This document shows positions 40,860 through 54,631 of a stretch of DNA of 64,000 bases, piece by piece. Made by a program: the position numbers and the translations under genes. The stretch spans positions 33,914,001 to 33,978,000 of the forward strand of contig CM052839.1 of NCBI GenBank assembly GCA_028534125.1, given 5' to 3'. Below the pieces are notes generated by a model. The model worked only from the letters and a program-made list of their open reading frames with translations, was not told where the DNA came from and did no database searches. Source of the stretch: Lama glama (lineage: Eukaryota). Every line of letters begins with the position of its first letter. The stretch's first letter is position 1.

Positions 40860-41005
40860 GGGAGGGAGGGTATAGCTCAGTGGTAGAGTGCATGCTTAGC
40901 ATGCATGAGGTCCTGGGTTCAATCCTCAGTACCTCCATTAAATAAATAAGCAAACAAATCTGACCCTCCCACCCCCAAAAAATTAAAATTAAAATTAAAA
41001 ATGGT
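40860..41005 (+). mobile_element. tRNA-Ala-derived SINE (camelid Vic-1-like) inserted in L1 ORF1
   Basis: A box tagctcagtgg, B box ggttcaatcc, tRNA-Ala(AGC)-like body, A-rich tail, 11-bp TSD agattagatga (40849-40859, 41006-41016). Confidence 0.9.
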
Positions 41006-41040
41006 AGATTAGATGATATAGAACAGATCAGTGAGCTAGA

Positions 41041-41722
41041 AGGGATTCCTTAAAAAACTAAAAATAGGCTTACCATATGATCCACCAATCCCACTCCTGG
41101 GCATATATCTGGAGGGAACTCTAATTTGAAAAGACACATGTGCCCCAGTGTTGATTGCAACACTATTTACAATAGCCAAGACATGGAAACAACCAAAATG
41201 TCCATCAACAGAAGACTGGATAAAGAAATTGTGGTATATTTATACAAGGAATACTACTCAGCATTAAAAATAATAAAATAATGCCATTTGCAGCAGCATG
41301 TATGGATCATCATTCTAAGTGAAGTAAGCCAGGAAGAGAAAGAAAAATACCATATGATGTCACTTGTAACTGGAATCTTAAAAAAAAAAAAAAGACAAAA
41401 ATGAACTTATTTACAAAACAGAAGCAGACTCACAGACATGGAAAACAAACTTATGGTTACTAGTGGGGAAGGGGCAGGAAGGGATAATTGGGAGTTCAAG
41501 ATTTACAGATAATAACTACTGTATATAAAATAGATAAACATCAAGTTTCTACTGTATAGCACAGGGAACTATATTCAATATCTTTTAGTAACCTATAATG
41601 AAAAAGAATCTAAAAAGGAATATATATGTATGTATATGGATGAGTGAAACATTATGCTGTACACCAGAAATTGATGCAACATTGTAAACTGACTATACTT
41701 CAATAAAAGTAAATAAACAAAG
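41041..41722 (+). mobile_element. Younger L1 3' fragment (ORF2 C-terminus plus 3'UTR) nested in the older L1 ORF1
   Basis: ttaccatatgatcc...atcccactcctgggcatatatc ORF2 C-terminal signature; ends attgtaaactgactatacttcaataaaa, like the 26646 copy. Confidence 0.85.
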
Positions 41723-43054
41723 AAACCTCTGGGACAACATCAAGCATACCAACATTTGTGTTATAGAGGTCTAAGAAGGAGAAGAGAGAAAGGGACAGAG
41801 AACTTATTTGAAGAAGCTGAAATATAGCTGAAAATTTCCCTAACCTGGGAAAGTAAGTAGACATCCAGGTCCATGAAGCCCAGAGAGTCCCAGACAAGAT
41901 GAACTAAAAGAGGTCCATACCGAGACTCATAGTTAAAATTGGCAAAAATTAAAGGTAACGAGAGAATCTTAAGTAGCAAGAGAAAACCAACTTATTACAT
42001 ACAAGGACTTCCATAAGACCATCAGCTGAATTTTCAGCAGAAACATTGCAGACCAAAAAGGAGTGGCGTAATATATTCAAAGTGATGAAAGGAAAAAACC
42101 TACAGTCAAGAATACTCTATCTGGCAAAGTTATCATTCAGAATTGAAAGATAAAGAGTTTTACAGATAAGCAAAAGCTAAGAGTTCAGCTCCACTAAACT
42201 GGCTTTCTAAGAAATGTTAAAGGGACTTCTCTATATGGGAAAGAAGAGGCCACAGCTAAAAAATGTAAAAATTGTGAAAGGAAAAATCTCACTGGTAAAG
42301 GCAAACATTCAGTAGAGGTAATAGATCAACCATTTAGCTGGTAGGGACGTTAAAAGACAAAAGTAGTAAAAATCATCTGTACCCACAATAAGTAGTTAAG
42401 GGATATACAAAACAAAAAGATGTAAAATGTGATATGATCAACATTAAAGGGGAAAGTAAAAAGAACCACAAAAACAACCAGAAAATAATTGACAAAATGG
42501 CAGTAAGTACATACATGTCAGTAATTACTTTATAAACGTAAGTGGACTAAATACTTCAATTGAAAGACATAGGATATCTGAATGGATAAAAAAAAACAGG
42601 ACCTATGTATATATATGCTGCCTATAAGAAACTTACTTCAAATCAAAGATACACACAGACTGAAACTAAGAGGATAGAAAAAGGTATTACACACAAAGAG
42701 AAACAAAGAAAGCTGGGGTAGCAATACTTGTATCATACAAAGTAGACTTTAGAACAGAGACTATAACAAAGAAGGACATTAGATAATGATAAAGAGATCA
42801 ATCCAACAAGTTGATGTAACAATTGTAAATATATATGCATCCAATATAGTAGCACCTAAATACAAAAAGAAGATTTTAACAAACATAAAGAGAGAAATTG
42901 ACAGTAATACAATAATAGTAGGGGATTTAATACCCCACTTATATCAATGGACAGATCATCCAGGCAGAAAATCAGTAAGGAAACACTAGGCTTAAATGAC
43001 AATCAGACCAGATGGAATTAGTAGATATATGTAGAAAATTTCATCCCAAAACAG

Positions 43055-43206
43055 NNNNNNNNNNNNNNNNNNNNNNNNNNNNNNNNNNNNNNNNNNNNNN
43101 NNNNNNNNNNNNNNNNNNNNNNNNNNNNNNNNNNNNNNNNNNNNNNNNNNNNNNNNNNNNNNNNNNNNNNNNNNNNNNNNNNNNNNNNNNNNNNNNNNNN
43201 NNNNNN
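43055..43206. other. N-gap (152 nt) inside L1 ORF2 endonuclease remnant
   Basis: L1 ORF2-like sequence on both sides. Confidence 0.85.
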
Positions 43207-43524
43207 AAAATACCAAAAAAAACAAACATACAAAATCTAAACAACATGGTACTAGACTGATTCAGTAAGCCTAATAGAAAAGATATAGGGAGAAAAGTAC
43301 ATCCAGATATAGTAGAAAAGAGAGGTATTAAGTAGATTTGTTACCACAGACTGCTAAGGTAGAGACAATTTAAGTTAGCTTGTTCCTGCGGGACTGGTCC
43401 ACGTCCACATCAGTAGATGAACTTTGTTTTGCATGGATGTTGTTAGAGCGAGACTCTATTCTCATTTGTTGGTACCACAAACCTAGAGGCCCCTAACTTA
43501 CTACTGATGGTACTTTTTAGCTGA

Positions 43525-43701
<177 letters not shown>

Positions 43702-44227
43702 TAGACTGACTAAAGAATTAACCATGAGAAAATAAAATTAGGAGGACATTTTAAGTAGCTATTTAGTTGATCTTTGACTTGTCTTATACTATCTCCTATT
43801 TATTAGCCTTTTATTGATAATTTAATATATTTTCAATTGTTACATTTTATTCTGTGAATTGAAGACCAAACCTGTTGACCTTCTCTACCGTCCCTAAGCC
43901 GACTCTGATTCATAGAATCAGTCCTGCTGCTTCGAAGGAGTGTATCAGTCAGGTCACCTTTGTTTCGATGGGAGATTTTCTGACCAACACTAAAGTGTGG
44001 GTGGTGTTTGCTCTAATTACTGAACAGTTTACATAAAGGGGACATTTCACATCCCTTTTCAAAGGCAAGGTATTGAAACAGGAACAAATAAAGTTTATAA
44101 AATAAAGCAGTTACTAAATGCTACTGGGCACTATTGTGGAGTCCCAGATGACTTAATAAAAGATGGCCAACAGAACGTGACTGATAATTTGTGTGAATAT
44201 TATTTTTGTTTATTTGCTTATTTCTAG

Positions 44228-44821
<594 letters not shown>

Positions 44822-46387
44822 TAGCCATGGACATAAGAACGGAGAGAGGTTCCCTCTTCGGTCCTTGAAGACCATCCCTGTAGCAGCATGGGGAGAAGGT
44901 GATTCTCTCTATACTCATACTGACCAGATGTGCTCAGATCATTTCTGTTAGTGTATTTTAATTCTCTCAAAACATTCCTTAAAAAATATTTTTGCTTTAT
45001 CATATCTCAAGAGCCACTGATATGAAATAACTCAGTTTCAAAATATTGGTGAAAAGAAAAATACAGGTCTCAAAAATGTAGACCTCTGGGGAAAATTGTA
45101 GCCCAGTAGCGTTTTGTTTACATCCTGAAAACACACTGAGCATTTTGGTGGTTTTGCAGTGAAATATAAGTAGTATGTATGACCTTGTTCTGAGGCGTCC
45201 AGTGTTTGTACTTGGGAAGAACTCAGACTCCTAAGACTCCACTGAGAACTGGGACCTGGGATTCTCAGTGAAATCCTACAGCCTTAGATTTTAACTGTGA
45301 CACAGGGATGATCCACCTATAATGTCCTAGTAATTTGAATGAACACCCTAGAAATAGTGGTAACTGGGCCTTGTTATTATCACTGTAAATTCATATTCTA
45401 TTCTCAGCTGGGTCTTTCCTATTGCTCAGCTATCATTTTTTTCATCTCTTGTTTTCCCCAGAGCAGATATGTAAATCATTCGTGATCTTCTCAAGACCCT
45501 ATCAAACTCTTGCCCTCCTACAATTACCAAGATTGAGTTTATCTCAGTGTGCCTCTATCTCAAAACTATTAATCCTTACCTGCACTCACCTTTATTTCCG
45601 CCACAGAGAAGGAATTTTTTACCTTCTTTTCCAAAGCAGTTGCCTCCGCCTTTATTTTTTATCAGAGTACGTTGTTCATTCTCTCACATCATTTCATTCT
45701 TTTTCTAAATTCATACTCCCTTTCTTCTCAGTTCCCACAAACCTATGAATGTCTTCCCTAACCCAGAAGAGAAACTTCCCTCTCTTCTCCTAAGCAGAAG
45801 CCACCGTTCATCTCTTCCCTTCCATGTCCACCAAGCCTGTCCTAAGAGCCATCTCTACTTGCTACCACTGCTTCCTCACTACTCCTTAAGCACTTGTAGT
45901 CAGGCTTCCATGAGAGAAAGAGGGGGCAAGTCATTAAAACCATCAGCTTTGGAATTAAGCACAGCGTGGTCAAAACCTGCATTCACACTTGCTTTCTGTG
46001 AGGGCGTGGACAAGCCATTTGACCTCTCTCAGTCTCACTTTTTTCATCTAGAAAAAGGATTGAGAAGGGCATTGTGATAACTGAAAGTGAGAACCTTTTT
46101 AAAAAGAGATGAAGCCTCTTTTAATCTCATGCAATGCCTAATAAATAATATCCTTTAAAAAAGGAAAAACGACATCCCAGCCTCTTGATGTTCACCTGAA
46201 GCTACTCTCTCAAGTCACTAACAACTGCCAGTCGCCAAATAAAGTCACTTTTTCTCATTTCTCACCCCTCTAAGCCACTTAAGAACTTAGCCAGTTATTT
46301 TGTTGAATAACTGAATTGAATGTTCCTGTTCCTGAGTCTGGCTGGGAATTCTCTGAAATGTTATTGCACTTTTACTTTCCTTATGAC

Positions 46388-46570
46388 TTTTTTTTTAGGG
46401 TTTTTTGTTTGTGTTTTTTTATTGTTGTTTTGTTTTGTTTTTTGCAAGGAGGAGGTAATTAAGTTTGTTTGTTTGTTTATTTTTAGAAGAGGTACTTACT
46501 GGGGATTGAACCCAGGACCTCGTGCATGTTAAGCATGCGCTCTACCACTTGAGCTATATACCCTCTTCCA
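46388..46570 (-). mobile_element. tRNA-Ala-derived SINE (Vic-1-like), antisense orientation
   Basis: Reverse complement of the same head (ggggattgaacccaggacc...gagctatataccc); T-rich tail; TSD ccttatgac (46379-46387, 46571-46579). Confidence 0.9.
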
Positions 46571-47556
46571 CCTTATGACATTTATTATATTACACCTTTG
46601 TTGGACAGGTTTTTGTCTTATTGGTCTCATCTCCCCTATCTTGTTCAAAACTTTGAGAAGGGAATCTATACTTTTCTGTCTTATCACCTTTGTATCCTAT
46701 GTGGTACCTTTAGTAGGCATTCAGTGACCATTTATTATGTGGATGACTAGGTGAAACTAAAGCTGGAGAGAACCAGATACATACAGAACTTAGGTTATAC
46801 GTGCTCTACCTACCACTGGAAGATAACCTGCCCACCTGCCAGAAAAGGCTGTTCCTCTATTAAGATTTGTGTCTGGGGACCTTCTACTAGATTGATCTGA
46901 ATCAGGCTCTTTCAGACTAAACTTGTAACCAACACTGCAACTGTAAAAACTACTGTTGGAACTTAGTCTAGCATTAAGTTCCAAGTACCTCTAGCCATTT
47001 TGGCCAGATCTTTGAGATTCTGTCTTCCCGTTGGAGGAGAGAAGTGGCTGTTGCCAAAGCTTAGTGGTCGAATGTGTGATTCATGACATGAGATATTTTG
47101 CTTCTTTAGGAGACCGAAAAATTTGAACTTCAGAATGTTTTTCTTCTCCTTCATGATTTCAAAGACAGTGTTTTTGTGCCAACAGAGCTTACAGAGTCTT
47201 TCAAATTTGGGTCTAATTGAGGACAAAGGAGAATGTTCCTCAGGAAAACAAAATTGGAGCTGGGAGTTTTGCTTTTTTGTTTCTCTTGATGTGAAAACAA
47301 AAGCCTGACATTATGCAAACAGATTCTCCCCAGAAGGGCATATACCAGAGTTGTAGCTCGTTGAAGATCTAGCCTGAGTAGGAAAGTATCCTCTAAGTTT
47401 TCTTAGAGGAAAAGGAATCGGAATAGGAAAAGAATGGAAGTAGGAATAGGAAAGGATGACTGTTAGTCGTCTAGACATGTGCAGTGGCTGGTGTGACCAG
47501 ACGGGGAGTGCAGCTGCAGAGTTTTTTCACACGGATCTCTCTGTTGCCTCCCCTAG

Positions 47557-47793
<237 letters not shown>

Positions 47794-47914
47794 TGAGGGA
47801 CCTAGGAAACCTGAAAAAAGGGGTTGCGTTATTACAAAATTGCCAGCCTAATTAATGTGAATTAGCTTTTTGGTCACTGCTCTGAGGAATAAGGAGGTGC
47901 CAAGGTATCCAGAA

Positions 47915-48262
47915 TTATGGAATTATAGAGCATAAGAGTTGGAAAGGACCTTGGAAATTGTCTACACTGATTCCTCCCCATCTTTCCAGCCCTGTTTAAC
48001 AGACTGTGACACTAGGCTCAGAGGGATGATTTGTTGACCTGTGTTCACATGGGTGGGTGGTGTGGAATGTGAAGGGCACATTTGGAATCTCAGAAGGACC
48101 AGGATTGAGTCCCAGCTTTCCTACTTGTTAGCTCTATACCGTGGGCAGTTTGCTTAATCTCTTAGAATCTTAGTCTCCCACCAGCAAAGTGAGACTAAAA
48201 AATTCTTTGTTACAAGGATGATATGAAAGGTGCTTTGTAAACTATTAAACACTATATAAATG
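47915..48262. mobile_element. MIR remnants (two orientations)
   Basis: agagttggaaaggaccttgga; gagtcccagctttcctactt...gggcagtttgcttaatctct. Confidence 0.55.
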
Positions 48263-48324
48263 GTATTTTTGCTAGTTTATTTGTTAATGAAAGTAATTAA
48301 TATAATGACAAAATATGTGGAATT

Positions 48325-49071
48325 GGTAGTGTGCTAGAAAATGTTTAACAACCAGCTCTGGGGAGGGGAGGGTGGTGGAATGGAGCAAGAGAGTGTGTGT
48401 GTGTATATATACGTACTTAGATTTGTTATAAATTTTATAGGTATAAAAACATAGCACATGGTTTACAAATAATAATGAAATATGCAGTGCTCTTAATTGA
48501 ATGCTTTTGTTGATTTTTGCTAAATTTATATATGTACCCAACCTGTGGTTACAACTCAGCCATAATTTGATAAATGAAGTTGTGCCCCAATTTGCTAATA
48601 ACTCTTTAACCAATAATTTTGTTGTCATTAAATCTGATATGCAATCTACTGATAAACTACTTCTCACCCTCGTAGAGTTTATGTTAATTAAACTGGAACC
48701 TCTTAGCTTTACCACTAAATCAAATTCTGATTTGTAAAGTTTGCCAATTTCCAGGGTATAAATACTCCCACCATGACTGATTTCAAGCTACCAGTGTGAC
48801 ATCACCGAACACACAGTTTCAGAGAGATGCACAAGAGCACGTCATTATTTAAAATTTCCACCATACAGACACTATAAATAACCTTAAGAGTGTAGATAAT
48901 AGTAAAATGTGGTTAAATAATGGAGTTACAAGATTAGATATTTTAACTTTTTTAATATGATTTATTTAATTGTTAATTTTTAATAAACATCTTTGTTTAA
49001 CAACTGGCTTGCAAACTTCTGAAAATTTAATGATCAGCTTTCATGGGCCAGTATATGTTCGCTCACCACTG
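48325..49071. mobile_element. Longer MER63-like hAT element
   Basis: Shares tttaacaaccagctct, tttgccaatttcca and aagctaccag with the 13051 element; ends caccactg. Confidence 0.75.
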
Positions 49072-49580
49072 CATGGGATGCTTCAGTGACACAGCTACCC
49101 TGCCAACTGACCTGATACATAACCAAAGGAATATTAAGTAAAACTGGAATTTTTATTATCTGTGGGAGGTTTTTCAGCTCTTTTTACAGTCAAATTCCTG
49201 GAAACAGAGCTGTCACTTTACTTTTTTGTTAGCAGCCATTCTCCCTGTAATATCCTCAAAAGCAGTCCTTATAATTCAGAGAGGAAACAAGAAGATAACA
49301 GCTTTCCTTTGAAAAAGTACAGGCCCTGAGTGTTCTCCATATTTATTTTCTGTTTATTTCTTGGTATTTTTCTTGGGAAGATGAGGGATTCATTGCTTCT
49401 TTAACTTGACTGTGATTAGTATGTAATTTTTAAAAACCACATGCTGTGTAAGTCAATTGTGTTCAAGAGAAACATGTAAACTGTACCTAGTAGAACAAAT
49501 GCTCATCACAGAAGCTTTGGGTTTCTTTGCTAAGACAGTCAGTTCTGACTTCTTTTTTGTGCAAGAGATTTCATGACCCT

Positions 49581-49784
49581 NNNNNNNNNNNNNNNNNNNN
49601 NNNNNNNNNNNNNNNNNNNNNNNNNNNNNNNNNNNNNNNNNNNNNNNNNNNNNNNNNNNNNNNNNNNNNNNNNNNNNNNNNNNNNNNNNNNNNNNNNNNN
49701 NNNNNNNNNNNNNNNNNNNNNNNNNNNNNNNNNNNNNNNNNNNNNNNNNNNNNNNNNNNNNNNNNNNNNNNNNNNNNNNNNNNN
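49581..49784. other. N-gap (204 nt), probably hiding a 3n+1 TANC2 ankyrin exon
   Basis: Exon ending 47742 is phase 0 while exon starting 56035 is phase 1; no linking exon found in visible sequence. Confidence 0.8.
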
Positions 49785-51889
49785 CACTCTCTTGTCTCGT
49801 GAATGTGTTGTGTTTGTGTGGGGATATACTCTGCATCTCACACCCTGATTTTCCTTCTAGCAGACCTTTGGCAGTCTCTGTCTTAAGGCTTTTGTGTTGG
49901 AGACCGATTCAGCCAAAGTAAAAAGTCAAGCAGTTTCCTTGTTTTAGTCCTCTTTCCCTTTGGATGCTCCATGCCATTAGCACCAGAGTATTTCAAACAA
50001 AACTTTCCCCCGATCTTGTTTCCAAATATTTTCAAAAGGCTGAGAGTTTCCTTCCAATGTGCCAAACCAGAGCAGAAAATAGTTGTGGATTTTCTGTATT
50101 TTTTTTTCAATGTGATTCTTGTAGCAGTTAGGAATAAATATTTCCCCTGTAGTTGTACACCAAGAGGTTAAATTTTTATCAACACCTCTGGCTTAATTAA
50201 CCAAGTGTTACCATGGCAGGGCGGTATGTGACATGGTTAAGCTGGTATGTTCTGAGTACACTTGCTATCAGGATGCAAAATGAAGTAGCCCCTGTAGGCA
50301 CAGCCCTGTGCAGTCCCTCTTGGTCTGTAGCAAAGCTATTTCCATGTTGCCTGATACTTACTACACAAGCAGAAGCCTCTTCCTTGTGGCCTTTGCAGGA
50401 AATGATTGTTGTCTTTCTCCCAAATCTAAACTGGAACATCTGGAGAAACATTAATAACTTTTTATGTGTTTTTGTGAAACCAGGGCAATGAAAACTGTAG
50501 AGTCACCACAGATATGTGTCATACTTGCCAGGAGAAGTAGATGTGTTTCGAGATGGACAATTTAGGGAGAATATTTTACTGAATAAGAAGGGGATATGCT
50601 TTGGCTAGGGTCAGAATGTTATTAAAAATAAGAGAAGACGCTTGAATCCATTTAAAGTTTATAATTACCTGTTGAATTGGGATGTTTCCACGCATGGCAA
50701 AAACCTTACATAGGTTTTCATGGCTTCTTCAACATCATGTAGAATGGTCCGAAGCTTAGGAATTTGCTTCTCGAACAATCCCTCCCTCTGTAAGAGCCAA
50801 AGAGAGCAGATGCCAGGCAGCTGCAGCTTAAGAGCCTGTGACAGATTAAAGGAAAATGTGCAGCTGGAAACAGCTGCTGTCTCTGGGGCCCCACCCTGAG
50901 GGAAGCCAGAGGACAGACTGAGGGGAAGGGACTGGCCGGGACGTCAGCAGTCATGGAGTATGCCTGCTGAGACCTGGAGCTGCGGGAGGAACGTGTGGGT
51001 TTACCGTGCCCATCCCCTTGGCCTTCCCCAGCACAAGGTCACCACACCTCCCAGCATCTCCTATTGCCGCCGGGCACATGTGACCACTGGGGAGGGTGAA
51101 AAGAGCCACGACCCAGTGGTGATAATGGATAAAATTACAAGACAAACAATCATAGTGAGGACTGTCAAACACATGCTAGTGCTGTACTTGAGAGAATTCC
51201 TCACAAATGTTCAGGAATAGTGTGAACTAAGTGGAAGGCTTACTTTTCTTGCTATAAAGGTCTTGTTAGAATAAAACTTTACAATCTCAGGACTTTAGAA
51301 ATATTTCCTGCTTTAAAGTGTGCAGTAAAGTTTGTTACATTAATTTTCTTACATATGTAACATTTCTCAAGATTGTAAAAAAAAAATCAAAGTTTCATGT
51401 CAATTTGCTTATAAGCAGAATTGTGTTGTATTTAATTTGACATTTAAATTAAATAATTTCAGCATTATAAACATGTTATTTAAATATAAGTTAGAATGAA
51501 ATACATTTGCAGTATAATTTATAGACCTATGAAAAGTTATTTGACTTCAGAAAAATTTCTGGGAAATAATGTCTTTGCTATGTAAAAAAAAGTCCCTACA
51601 ACTCACCACTTGTATAAAATAGTCTCTGAGTTGCTTTTCTATCTATAGTGATCAATTTACTAAGTATACGTGTTTCTTTCAAACTTATAGCGCATAATCA
51701 TTTAAAATTTATAATGACCCATTGAATTGTGATATTTCTTCCAATAGCAGAATCTTACGTGTTTCCCTCATATAGGGAATGAAGGTCTATTACCTACAGC
51801 CAGCTGGTTGGGGTATCACTTCTGCAACCCTGCCCTAAATAACATAATTTTTACCACAGGAAAATACAGTGGTCATGACATTTCCAACA

Positions 51890-52097
51890 ATCTGTATCAT
51901 TTACTATATTGAATCCAAGACACTACTAACTATGAGAAACTACATAACCATTATTTTATGTCATTACCAAAAAAAAAAACTACCTATTCAACTAAAAGTT
52001 CTTTATTTTCATGTCAATTGTAAGATGCATTTTGATTTCAGAGATGTTAAAATGTGGAGGGAAAGAAAGTTCATCTTAGAATCAGTGAAACATTATC
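51890..52097. mobile_element. Tc2/MER104-like DNA transposon relic
   Basis: attgaatccaagac ... tgtaagatgcattttgatttcagagatgttaaaatgtg ... catcttagaatcagtgaaa with degenerate inverted ends. Confidence 0.5.
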
Positions 52098-52469
52098 TTA
52101 GCATATAGTGAAATATTAATTGTGATGTAATTTTTATATACCAGATTTTCTAAAAGCAAATCACTAGAGTATCCTGGTTGTCTTTGTCCTCCTTTTATGG
52201 CCTCTTTATCCTTTCAGAGAGGGACTTCCTACATCTAGCTTTCACCATCTGGCTGACCCCCTCCCATCTCACAGGGTTTTCACAGACTTCTTACAGAACA
52301 ACACAGAAAGAAAGCAATTAAGTTGACAAGACTGTTCACCGGTCCCTCCTCTCCTTTGTCTTACAGCTGCAGACCAGAACCAGCATTAAACACCTCTAGC
52401 AACTCTGGAGGGCCTGGGCTATCCCATGGCCCAAAAGAAGTGAGAGTTCATAAAATAAACAAGATACCC

Positions 52470-53045
52470 CTAATTCATGCCTTCGTCATCTTTTGCCTAA
52501 GTTATTGCAGCTGCCTCCTAGCTGATCTTCACGTCTCTGGCCTCACTCTTTTGTGATTTATCTCCCAGATCTCAGCCAGAGTGATCTCTCTAAGCCACAT
52601 CTGTTCATGTCACTTTCCTGCTACCACCCTTCAGTGACCACCTGTAGCATTAAGTGACTTATTTAATGTAGCATAAAAGGGCCAGTCATGATCTGTAGCA
52701 TCCTCTATTGCCTATCTTCTCAAAATAAATAAACATTCTATTTCGTACCTCGGTGCCTTTATACGTGCTCTCCCTGTGCCTCAAATGCTGCCCCCTTGTC
52801 CTTGCCTGTAAGTCTCCTGTTTCTCTTTCAGTGTCTGGTTCAGATTGTCATCTCTTCCTGGAGACCTTCTCAGACACTTCTACCTCCAAGCCACCTCCAG
52901 ACAACCCCTGTGGACTTATCTCTGTTGTGCTGGTCACACTGTATAGTAATGGATTTGTTTATTTGTCTGTTATCTTTACTCAACCCTGAGTTCCTTAAGA
53001 GCAGAGATAGTGTCTGACAAAGAGACCCATAAATGTTTAACTAAT
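52470..53045 (+). mobile_element. L2 3' remnant
   Basis: cagccagagtgatct...tgagttccttaagagcagagatagtgtct...ataaatgttt. Confidence 0.6.
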
Positions 53046-54456
53046 TAATATTGTTTTGGATAGCAGTGATCAGTTTATGTCTCCCCCACCATCTCCATCC
53101 CATTGGTCTTACATGATCTATCTGTGCTGTACTCTTTCAAGGTTGAAAATAGCTCAACAAAAGAACCATTTGCTTTCTCTGCATTCTGTTTAGTCTCATC
53201 ATCCCATCCAAGCAGGCTTTGACTGTTTCCTCAACTCTGAGCTGCAACCTGTCTGTCTCTTCAAACTCTTTGCATTTCCCTTTGAAAAAGGACCGTTTCT
53301 GTTGGATAATCTCATCAGATCCCAATGAGCTAGGGAACAAAATCTGTTACCAGTCTCTTAGGAAGAGATTTGGGTCCAGACTGCTACATTCACTCTAAGA
53401 ATCAGCTTGTTGTTTCACAGAACTGGCTTTGCGTTAATCTTCTCTCTTTCAAAAAGTTTTAACAATTTTTGATAAGACCTATATAAAATCCAGCCAAAGC
53501 AACTCCTTGCTCTTGGATTTTGAGAAGTACAGTTCCAATTTTACATAGTTGTGTTGTTCTGAGATGAAATTGGCCAGCTGTGTTAATGACCATATCCAGC
53601 TATCAGCTGGAGATTCCTGCCAAATTACATCATAACCTAAGCAACAGAGATGATACAACAAAGAAAAAGGCCGAATGGAACATTCCCTCTCATGTAAATG
53701 TGTTGTCCAGCGGCTTGAAATGGGCCAGCCAGAGCACCACAACTCCAGGTTGGAGTGGACAGCGTTAAGTTTAGCTTTCAGGGTGGGCACTGGTTCTGAA
53801 TTCTCAAATGTGTTCTGTGACCTAGATCGTTGATGAGAGGCTTGATTATGAAGTACTGTCTGTATTTTCTCCAGACTGGAAATTCTTTTGTGAAAAAGAA
53901 TGTATTTGCACCTCCACACCCTGCCAGACACAAGACATTGAAAGGGAGGTTTGCCACAGCCCTGTCACCTAGAAGCTGCTTTAAATGGAGTCAGAACATG
54001 AGAGTTAGAAATTTTCCAAATCCAAATTTGTTTTATGTACTAACAAGATGATTCTTATGGTTCTTAACGAGTGTCTAACCCAGTCAAGTTCTTCCCCACC
54101 CCCACAGCTTTACTGAGATGTAATTGACATACAACATTGTGTAAATTTAATGTATGCAATGTGATGATCGCCAGTCAAGTTCTTAAGCTACTCTTATGTT
54201 CTGACTCAAGAACTAAAGTTTTCTGTTTTTTTTTTTTTCCTGAGCTATTAGAAATATGAACTTGGAAAAGAGGGAAGGTCATTTTGATTTAAAGAAGAAG
54301 AGACAAAACTTCTTTGTCATGTAAATAATCAAACCCATCAGTAGCTGTAACTCATCCATTCAGGGGTTGGAAGTGACCCTCACCTCAGATAAGATGAAGC
54401 CTCTGCCCTTCTATGAGGAACAAGACAGAAATGCCTATGTTAAGAGTCCCAGAGAT

Positions 54457-54631
54457 GGAGGGCGTAGCTCAGTGATAGAGTGCATGCCTAGCATGCACGA
54501 GGTCCTGGGTTCAATCCCCAGTTACTCCATTAAAAGAAGAAGGGAGGAAGGGAGGGAGGGAGGAAGGAAGGAAGAGAAGAAGTAAGAAGGAAAAAGAAAA
54601 GAAATCCTGATTCTCCCTCCCCCCAAAAAAA
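54457..54631 (+). mobile_element. tRNA-Ala-derived SINE with internal GGAA/GGGA purine tract
   Basis: gtagctcagtgatagag...gggttcaatcccc head and cctccccccaaaa tail, as in the other copies. Confidence 0.87.

Larger units (their letters stand above)
40190..43255 (+). mobile_element. Degenerate L1: 5'UTR-like region, ORF1 remnant from about 40614, ORF2 endonuclease remnant from about 42496; two nested insertions
   Basis: L1 ORF1-like ctctgggacaacatcaagcatacc; ORF2-like peptide IQQVDVTIVNIYASN...TIIVGD; many stops and frameshifts. Confidence 0.88.

Noticed and set aside
40863-40937. tRNA-Ala(AGC)-like genes (also at 36714, 46500 and 54457)
   Set aside because: A-rich tails, shared non-tRNA 3' segments, TSDs and mismatched stems identify them as SINEs, not tRNA genes.
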